Assembly: GCA_024626585.2 (NCBI GenBank)
Contig: JANKJI020000004.1
Span: forward strand, 172,562,177-172,581,572
Reading direction: 5' to 3'
Origin: Ginkgo biloba
Taxonomy: Eukaryota; Plantae; Ginkgophyta
DNA: 19,396 nucleotides
This document shows, piece by piece, positions 11,073-19,396 of this stretch. A model generated the notes under the pieces. The model made no database searches. It saw nothing but the letters and a program-made list of their open reading frames with translations, and was not told where the DNA came from. The position numbers and the translations under genes were made by a program. The first letter of the stretch is position 1; the number at the start of each line of letters is the position of its first letter.

Positions 11073-11479
11073 NNNNNNNNNNNNNNNNNNNNNNNNNNNN
11101 NNNNNNNNNNNNNNNNNNNNNNNNNNNNNNNNNNNNNNNNNNNNNNNNNNNNNNNNNNNNNNNNNNNNNNNNGGCTTGATTCAACAAAGTCTAGTAGAGG
11201 GACTTAGAGAGCAAGTTTGTGGCTTTAGACCTAATAGTACAAGAGACTTCTAAGATTGAGCCTTGTAAGGGGTCAGTTGACAATCAACAACGGTGGTAGT
11301 GGAAGATGGTCTCTGATGCCTAACGATAGTGAGAATGGGCTAATGTTCGTGGACGTTAATGGTGTGTTAAGTGGACAAGGCATCTAGAGTGTGCAAATGG
11401 TGCCAATTGGATCACATGGGTTGAAGGTGAGTGGAAGCTCACCTCCAGTGAATATGGCTCTAATNNNNNNNNNNNNNCT

Positions 11480-14400
11480 ACATATAACAAGAACGAGAAA
11501 GAAGAGCCTACCTGACATTAATGTCTATGAGATGATATGGATGGCAAATGGTCAAGACGACCAGAGTCATCGGCTAAAGGTGGTATGAGCAACATTATGG
11601 GACATTGCCAATGATTGGTACAAGGAGTTTATAATAGATTAATTCGAGGATGAATTGATGACATAGAAGGAGTTTGGCTAGGAATTCATGTTTCTATTGG
11701 AAGATGGAGAGGCCAACAATGAAATTATATAACTTGAAATAAGAGTTGGGGGAAAGTGTTTGCCTATATCATAGACGACTAAAAGCACTTATGAAGAATG
11801 GAGTTTCAAGTGACAAAAGGCTCGAAATGACGATTGTTCATGGGAGGTTTGTTGCCAAAGTATGAGCAAAAGATGAAGGTCGTCCCATCGACTTATGATG
11901 AAGTCGTCAATTGAGCACTGAATCTCGAGACGGAGGAAAATATTGAGTCATTCTAAGGGAAGTCGAAAAGTATCGAGGAAGATGAAGTGCCATCTTTCAT
12001 TGTAGCCTTGCATCAAGACATGATGCGGATGATGGAGTTGTCTTCTCACAAAAAGAAGGAACAAAAAGAGATTTGTAGCACAAAGTGTTATGTTGAAGGC
12101 CATTTGGAGGGCGAATGTCCCGAGTCTAGAAAGTATTGTGAGATTTGCAAAGTGAGAAATCACAACACTGATGAATGCAACTCCAATGTTAAGAATAGAC
12201 AGAAGACACATGGCACCGAGGTTTATCTTGTTGAAGATGAGGCATCATCCCTAAATCCCTAGGGAGGGAATAAATGTCAAGGCAATGGCTAATGGAACTT
12301 TTGCTCAAACTAAAATCGAAGAGCAAATTGAGATTTTCGTTTAATGCAAGTTGATTATGATTCATTTGGATGTTCAATCATCCAATGTTATACATGCCAT
12401 GAATGGGGGCATCTTGTCAAGGATTTCCCAAATTAAAATCAAAGTGGTGCAGAGTTGTGGAAATGGTGTGGCCTAAGAAATCATGATGATAAGACTTGCC
12501 CAAAGCAAAAGGATAAAGTTGCTCAAATGTGCGGACATAATTATTTGAAGATGAAGAGTTATATACAGTGGAGTCCTAAAGTAAAGCTAAAGCTAAGCAA
12601 CAATAACTTAACCTTACATTGGAAAAGGAATGGCTTCACGCTACCCAAAGGACAATTTGAGAATTGCAAAAAGAAGAATGGTTCATGTCGGTACAATTTA
12701 GGGAAGTTTGGGAACAACCTTGGGANNNNNNNNNNGCGTAGGTGTAGAGGAGGGCTGGCAATGGATTAAACGTGGCTGATGATGGGTGTAGGATGTTGAT
12801 AATGAGAGACTATCTTTGAATGACTTAGCGAGATAAGTTTTGCAAATAGAAACTCGAATCAAATTGGTTACATTGGTGCAACCATCCTGAATATGGCAAA
12901 ATCTTTAGTTTAGCAAGCTTAGGAAGAAAGACAGATCGTGACTTATGTGACAACAAGGCCAACAATTGTAGCAGAATGTGCAATCCCTGGGCGACCAATC
13001 CAAAATGATGTAGTGATAGATAATGTCCTAGATGCAAATTCTTTGCCACTTTGGAAGGATGATGCGATGGATATCATTATCAAGGTAATGGATTGGGAAT
13101 TGACTCAAACCGTTATGGATGGGGGAATAAGGAGTCTATATTATCTCCAAAATAGTACGGTGACAACTTGGTTGACTAACACTTTGGCCATCAAGGTTCC
13201 TACTAAGGATGACGAACCAAAGTTGAGTGGAGTTGCAGGGATTGTTAATGGGTAAAGTTATCCATATTTCTATTCAGATCTTCAAAGTTGATTTTGTGGT
13301 CATCTCAATGTCTCAAGGAACACCATCTTACTTTGCATTACTTAGACGGTCATAGTTGTGACAAGCAAGAGTAATGCAACATTGGGGAGAGATACTTTTN
13401 NNNNNNNNNNNNNNNNNNNNNNNNNNNNNNNNNNNNNNNNNNNNNNNNNNNNNNNNNNNNNNNNNNNNNNNNNNNNNNNNNNNNNNNNNNNNNNNNNNNN
13501 NNNNNNNNNNNNNNNNNNNNNNNNNNNNNNNNNNNNNNNNNNNNNNNNNNNNNNNNNNNNNNNNNNNNNNNNNNNNNNNNNNNNNNNNNNNNNNNNNNNN
13601 NNNNNNNNNNNNNNNNNNNNNNNNNNNNNNNNNNNNNNNNNNNNNNNNNNNNNNNNNNNNNNNNNNNNNNNNNNNNNNNNNNNNNNNNNNNNNNNNNNNN
13701 NNNNNNNNNNNNNNNNNNNNNNNNNNNNNNNNNNNNNNNNNNNNNNNNNNNNNNNNNNNNNNNNNNNNNNNNNNNNNNAGAACCAAGCACATATCCACCC
13801 CACTGTTTAGAACTTAAGTATGGGGAGATAGGGTTGGAGGTGATGCTGACATAGGCATTTCCTAGTGAAGTTGAGATACTTTATGAAGGCCTGACAACAA
13901 TGGAGGCCAGTCTTGGTATGGAAGAGCATCGCCCAAAGATCATAATGGGAAGCCCGTGGGATATAACACTTGCATTAGTGGCACTAAACATTTTTCAGCA
14001 ATACAAGAATGTCTTCACATGGACATATTGTGATCTGAAAGGTGTTCCTTAAGAGCTTTCTGAGCACCCAATTTAGCTCATACCGAACACAAAGCTAGTT
14101 AAGTGATGTTTGTACGACATGGGCCTAAAATATGTAGCCCAGGCAGAGTAGGAAATCATGAAGAAGTTGGATATAGGAATTAAGCAAGTACCACTTACTG
14201 TGTCTTTCCTATTGTAATTTTGCTGAAAAGGAACTACAAGCTACACATTTGTGTGAATTTTCCCAAGTTGAATGTAGTCATAAAAAAAGATCCTTTTCCA
14301 ATCCCTTTCATGGACAATGTCTCGGAAGAAGTTGCAGGGCATGAGATTTATTCCTCCTTGGATGAATTCTTTTGGTACAATAAAATCAATCGCTGAGGAA

Positions 14401-16589
14401 AATAGGTTGAAGATCACCTTTGTGTCTGAGTATGGCATATATGCTTCGAATAAAATGTCATTTGGATTCTGTAATGCCCGAACCACATATCAGATAATTA
14501 TTTTGCAATTGTTTGAGAAGCTGTCAATGGGGGAGGTGAAAGTATTCCTCGACAATTGGTTGGTGTATGGTCATGTTTCAAAACACTTGTAAGTAGCCAA
14601 GAATGTATGAAGATTTGTTGACGAGCCCGATTGGCAATAAATTTGGGGAAATGTTGGTTATTGGTGTCAAGTACCTCGGGCACATTGTTTGTGCATAAGG
14701 ATTGAAGACAAACCTCAATTAGATTCGAGTGATTGTGAACATGGAGCATCTATGCAATTTAGATGAAGAGAGGGCATTCCTTGTGCATGTTGGCTATTAT
14801 TGGCAATTTCGTAAAGAATTTTGTTAATATACCACACCCATTGGATGAGTTGTTACGAAAAGGACTTATGTTTGTTTGGGGCATGGATTAACAACAAGCT
14901 TTTGAGGTGTTGAAGCTCCATCGGTAATTCCTATTTTGGTTTTTCCTAATTGGAAAAAGACTTCCATATTCATGTTGATGCTTATCAATTTGCCATTGGT
15001 TGCACATTTGCTCAAGAGGGGTCGAATAAGTTGGATCATCCAATCTATTTCACTTGTCATCGATTTAATAGTGCTAAGTAGAATTACAACACATCAGAGC
15101 ATTAGGGCTTGGGTATGCTCTATGTCGTCTAGAAGTTTCACCATTATTTGTTGGCCAACACATTCATCTATTTTTGTGGATCATTAGGCTTTGTTGTACT
15201 TGGTCAACAAATCAGTTAGTTATGGGCAAATNNNNNNTTGACTCCTACTGTTATAAGAATTTGATTTCTGAGTGGTGGTACGATTGGGAAAATCTCATAT
15301 GTGGTAGTCGACCATTTGTTAAGAGTCTAGTCAAGGGAGTTGCCGAAAGTAGTGAATGATGTTTTCTAGACGTACAATTGTTCAGTGTAATAGCCTATAC
15401 CGAATTGGTACCATAGCATCACCAACTATTTATCAACATAGGCATTTTTGTATAACATGCTTGTTTATGAACGATGAGAAATTGTGAAAAAGGCAAGACC
15501 ATTCTAGTTGATTAAGGGTATGTTATATAAGATGGGTCTTGATCAAGTTATGCGGTGATGCAGTGGCAAAAGTTGCTTTGAAGGCCATGCCAGTCCTTCA
15601 GGTGGACATATGAGACGAGTTCACGACTCAATTTTTATTTGTTGGCAAGGCTATGGTGGCTGTGAGTCTTCCAGGATACGAAGGACTTTGTGTACATTGT
15701 GATATTTGTCAACACACAGGATGCTCATTAAAGAAATATTTTATGCCTCTACACCCAACTCTATCTCAAGAATTGTTCAAACATTGGGGCTTGGTTTTGT
15801 TGGCCCTTTCAAACATCCATCCTGCAAAGGACAATATCAATACATTGTGGTGGTGACTTTGTACTTGACTAAGTGGGTGGAAGCCCATGCCTTGCTTGAT
15901 ATTTTTGCGTAAAGTGCCTTGAAAATTTTATATGAATGTGTGATAATTCAGTTGAATTGCCCCTTGAAGTTGACCAGTGACTAGGGTGGACACTTTTTTA
16001 ATCACATCATTTGGGATTTGATGTCAGAGTTCAAGATTACCCACCAAAAGTCAAGTTTGTATTATTTTACAGCCAACGAACAAGCAGAGGCAACATATAA
16101 AGTATTGGTGGTAACATTGTATAAGACTTGTGGTGTCGAGCAAAAAGATTGGGTAGACAAACTCTTGGCAGTGCTATGGGCAGTTCACATTGCCCACAAG
16201 GTGACTACATGGCATACTCCTTTTTAGCTGGTATACAAGCAAGAAGCTATATTGCCATTCGAGTTTATTATTCCCAACCTACCCATTGCTTTGAGCATCC
16301 TGACTAGATGACGCAACAAGTCTACAATAGAGATTTAATAAACTTTTACTACTTCACAAACAAAGATTGGCAGCACAATGAACAACATTCATTGCTAAAA
16401 AATTCCAGAAGCACTACAATAACCAACACCTCAAGAGACAGAATATCCAAGTTGGATCCCAAGTTCTGGAGTATGATGGCAAAACTTTAATAAAGCCCAA
16501 TAAATTAAAGATTAGATGGCTTGTTCTTTTTTGTTGGGATTGTAATCGATAACAATGTGTAGTACAATTAGCCAACCTTGATGGGTTTG
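11480..16589 (+). mobile_element. Decayed non-chromovirus Ty3/gypsy gag-pol (gag, zinc knuckles, protease, RT, RNase H, integrase)
   Basis: gag ANDWY...T*KEF (about 11520-11700); CCHC knuckles 12070-12502; protease VMDGG (about 13115); RT KNVFTWTYCDLKGV, KDPFPIPFMD, KITFVSEYGIY..KMSFGFCNA, VFLDNWLVYG (14000-14760); RNase H FHIHVDA...HPIYF (14950-15330); integrase H..H..C..C, GFVGPF, YLTKWVEA, ANEQAEA, W...L..VLWA (15580-16300). The order RT-RH-INT indicates gypsy. No additional archaeal-type RNase H was seen. Confidence 0.95.
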
Positions 16590-17707
16590 NNNNNNNNNNN
16601 NNNNNNNNNNNNNNNNNNNNNNNNNNNNNNNNNNNNNNNNNNNNNNNNNNNNNNNNNNNNNNNNNNNNNNNNNNNNNNNNNNNNNNNNNNNNNNNNNNNN
16701 NNNNNNNNNNNNNNNNNNNNNNNNNNNNNNNNNNNNNNNNNNNNNNNNNNNNNNNNNNNNNNNNNNNNNNNNNNNNNNNNNNNNNNNNNNNNNNNNNNNN
16801 NNNNNNNNNNNNNNNNNNNNNNNNNNNNNNNNNNNNNNNNNNNNNNNNNNNNNNNNNNNNNNNNNNNNNNNNNNNNNNNNNNNNNNNNNNNNNNNNNNNN
16901 NNNNNNNNNNNNNNNNNNNNNNNNNNNNNNNNNNNNNNNNNNNNNNNNNNNNNNNNNNNNNNNNNNNNNNNNNNNNNNNNNNNATGATTACTTACGGGTA
17001 CAGGACTAGTATGAACTGAATAAATATATGACCCTTGAAAACCTTTACTTAAGCCAATACATCTCAAATGATTGCCTATAGAACAACTGCAATATGATTG
17101 AGGGTCCTATAGTGAAAGGACATACAAATATATTGTTTTATATGTCCAATTTACTTTTCTCATCCGATTTAGTTTGACCATTGTCACAATGTGTAAAAAA
17201 CAATAGAAATCATAGATGTCTGTTGCAAACTTTTATCATTGTCTTTGTGTATTGAACACAAATTGTTATTCATAAATATATGCATCACAAAAAGATTCCT
17301 ATAGGTATTTAAAACCAATAGCCTATGTGGCTCTAGTCATTTATAAAGTCCTCACTTAATATTTCTCCCAACTTAGAAAATGATGTATGGTGAAGTAATT
17401 GTTTAACTAGTATCATCGCTTTAAAAGATCCTATTCTTCGTACAAGACGTCTTTTGTCTACATATATTTGAAGGACAAAGACACTGCCTCCTATGAGTTG
17501 GTGGGAGGATGTTCATTTTTTAAAGGTCCCATTCACCTTATTATTGCTGCTCACCATCTCCCTTTTTGTCCTTGATGTAGTCCTTCAGTGTTAGATGCTA
17601 GGAAGAAAATATGGGCTTTCTCCTCTTTGACGAATCTCCATTCTGATTTTCATATTTAGTTGTTCTATACATAATGGACACTCCACCTTGACATAATTTC
17701 ATTCCAA

Positions 17708-17725
17708 TTTTTTTTTTTTTTTTTT
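17708..17725. repeat. Poly(T) run of 18 nt
   Basis: Seen directly; adjoins the left TSD copy of the LTR insertion. Confidence 0.9.
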
Positions 17726-17729
17726 GTAT

Positions 17730-18273
17730 TGTAAGGAACCCAAGGNNNNNNNNNNNNNNNNNNNNNNNNNNNNNNNNNNNNNNNNNNNNNNNNNNNNGTG
17801 ACTCATGCTTTGAGGGCGAAACCTGTTAAGAGGGGATGGTATGTTGTGTCCTAACATATTAATACTATTATGGGTAATTGTGATAATTTTGTAGAAATAA
17901 GTGGTGGCCCATATTTGTTGGGGTGACCACAATAGCACCCTAGAAAGATGTGCTAAGGCTTAAGTAGAGGTAGGCTAAGGGTTAGGTCAAGGAAGCCCAT
18001 TTTGAGTATCCAAGGGTACTTAAGCATTCTTTGTAATCATAATTGAGACTTTGGAATCTTTTGTAGAACTGTGGCTCATTTTTCACTCTTGGTAGTCTCT
18101 TTGAACTCTTGGACTTGGGGAGTCCCTTTTTGATCTATTATTGTGACCGTATTGTAATCTATTTTTTTGCAAGGCATGGATATCTTACTGTATGTTGGAT
18201 GATTTTTGTTTATGCTATGGTTATCCATGGATTTATATTAATTTATGGTCAATTTATATAGGGAAACTTTACA
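17730..18273 (+). mobile_element. LTR retrotransposon: 5' terminus, gap, polypurine tract and 3' LTR (17842-18273)
   Basis: TGTAAGG at 17730 and ...CTTTACA at 18273. Flanks tgtat (17725-17729) and tctat (18274-18278) form a 4/5 TSD. PPT aagaggggatggta (17828-17841) is followed by TGT. Confidence 0.65.
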
Positions 18274-18460
18274 TCTATTGACACCTAACTGGAATTAGTA
18301 CCTAAAAGAAATGTGGGTCTTTTTTGATATCGTTCTAGAGAAGTTCGATTAGGGCATGCTAGTATCTTTAGATTTCAAAAGATCATGGTAGAAGTTATTG
18401 TTTATATATCTCCAAATAATGGAAGATGAAATACTAATATGTGTTTGGTTCTTGTGATAG

Positions 18461-18598
18461 ATTTTAGTTTGCAGTAACCATATGACTATCCAAGACGAAG
18501 TCAATCAAGTTGTGATTCACGAGTTGATCCATGCATATGATGACTGTCGAGCGGCAAACCTGGATTGGACAAATTGTGCTCACCATGCTTGCAGTGAG
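18461..18598 (+). CDS. ATP23: Internal exon of ATP23 (mitochondrial inner membrane protease, Peptidase M76 / Ku70-binding protein family)
   Basis: Manual translation: ILVCSNHMTIQDEVNQVVIHELIHAYDDCRAANLDWTNCAHHACSE (46 codons, no stops), which I recognise as the plant ATP23 catalytic segment, with HEXXH (HELIH) at 18518-18532. Flanked by branch-like CTAAT (18434-18438), acceptor ...cttgtgatAG (18460) and donor GTgagc (18599); phase 0/0. Too short to appear in the ORF track. Confidence 0.95.
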
Positions 18599-18961
18599 GT
18601 GAGCAGTTGTAGTTCATGAACTTAGGCACATATTTATTTAATAAGCCTGTATTGTATCTGTGGCTTTCTGCCCACAAAACATAAAACTAGAATTGGAGAA
18701 GGTTTTGGATGTGTTTTAGGAGCTGATTAAGAATTTAACTAGAAAAATTGAATCTTGACTTCAGTGGAGGTTGTCTGTGGTTATCAGCCATTAGGCTTGA
18801 TCCCTTAAATTACAAAACATGCTCTTCATCATCAGAATTTGCTAATACTGGCAGCCTCTTATATAGAAACAAAGAATTGAGAAAATGAATATGAAATGTC
18901 CCAAGTGAACAGAACTTGGGTAAGGAATGAAGGTGGAAACGAAGTTTTCTTGTAACTATAC

Positions 18962-19069
18962 ATGATGATTAGAAGTGAATTGTAGAAGGAGGATAGGAAA
19001 TGGGAGGGAGATGGACGATGACGGGAATTTTAAGCAAATGATGATTAGAAGTGAATGGCAGAAGGAGGA
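18962..19069. repeat. 32-bp direct repeat in the retroelement leader
   Basis: atgatgattagaagtgaat(tgt/ggc)agaaggagga at 18962-18993 and 19038-19069, 30/32 identical. Confidence 0.9.
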
Positions 19070-19094
19070 GAGCGAACCCTGCTCTAATACCACG

Positions 19095-19248
19095 TGTAAC
19101 GCCCTTGATGGGTGTTACTGAGGGTTTGAACCCTGATGACCATAACAGAGGTGTATGGCCTGTGCGACCATAACAAAGGAGTACGACCTGCACGCCTAGA
19201 ATAGAGGTGTGTTGTAACGCTCCTGATGGGTGTTACTGAGGGTTTGAA
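19095..19248. repeat. Duplicated 36-bp LTR terminus containing a hairpin
   Basis: tgtaacgcccttgatgggtgttactgagggtttgaa (19095-19130) versus tgtaacgctcctgatgggtgttactgagggtttgaa (19213-19248), 34/36 identical. Confidence 0.9.
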
Positions 19249-19396
19249 GACGAGTACAAAGAGTTCAGGGGTGTTTTGGGTTGCACCTGCCTCCCTAGTA
19301 ATCAGTTCTTCTCACAGGAGTGAGTGAAGAATGAAAAAAGCAGATGATTATATGATGATGATTTAATACAATATGCTACTTCTATATATACAAGCT

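Larger units (their letters stand above)
1..18460 (+). other. Probable long TE-filled intron of ATP23 (5' boundary outside the window or in a gap)
   Basis: The ATP23 exon starts mid-protein at a canonical acceptor. No N-terminal ATP23 coding sequence was found in the non-N sequence upstream. Confidence 0.6.
18962..19396 (-). mobile_element. LTR retrotransposon 5' end: LTR (from 19095 to the window end), PBS and leader
   Basis: gctctaatacca (19081-19092) is minus-strand TGGTATtAGAGC, 11/12 to the tRNA-iMet PBS TGGTATCAGAGC, 2 nt from the LTR terminus TGTAAC at 19095. Confidence 0.8.

Noticed and set aside
937-17067. Long X-filled ORFs in the ORF track
   Set aside because: Artefacts of translating through N gaps.
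19095-19248. Cassandra TRIM or 5S rRNA similarity (gatgggtg), or a CRISPR-like repeat
   Set aside because: Only a short C-box-like match with no A-box. Two copies beside a PBS are better explained as LTR termini, and there are no cas genes.

Overview
Eukaryotic land-plant genomic DNA from a gapped assembly (12 N runs, three of exactly 100 N). The L1 and gypsy motifs resemble fern elements, but the taxon is only inferred. The only clearly intact host feature is one 138-nt internal exon of ATP23 (mitochondrial inner-membrane metallopeptidase, M76 family, HELIH motif) at 18461-18598 (+). No other ATP23 exon is visible, so most of the window is probably one very long intron. It is filled with decayed retroelements: three L1 LINE remnants, a minus-strand CRM-like chromovirus integrase with its LTR, a near-complete plus-strand non-chromovirus Ty3/gypsy gag-pol, and several LTR pieces, including a younger-looking LTR with a tRNA-iMet PBS downstream of the exon. 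The least explained signal is a decayed multi-exon reading frame of unknown family on the minus strand (about 130-837 and 7465-8400). It has canonical short introns and an upstream 86-bp repeat, and appears to be split by about 6.5 kb of retroelements. No prokaryotic-type system is supported.
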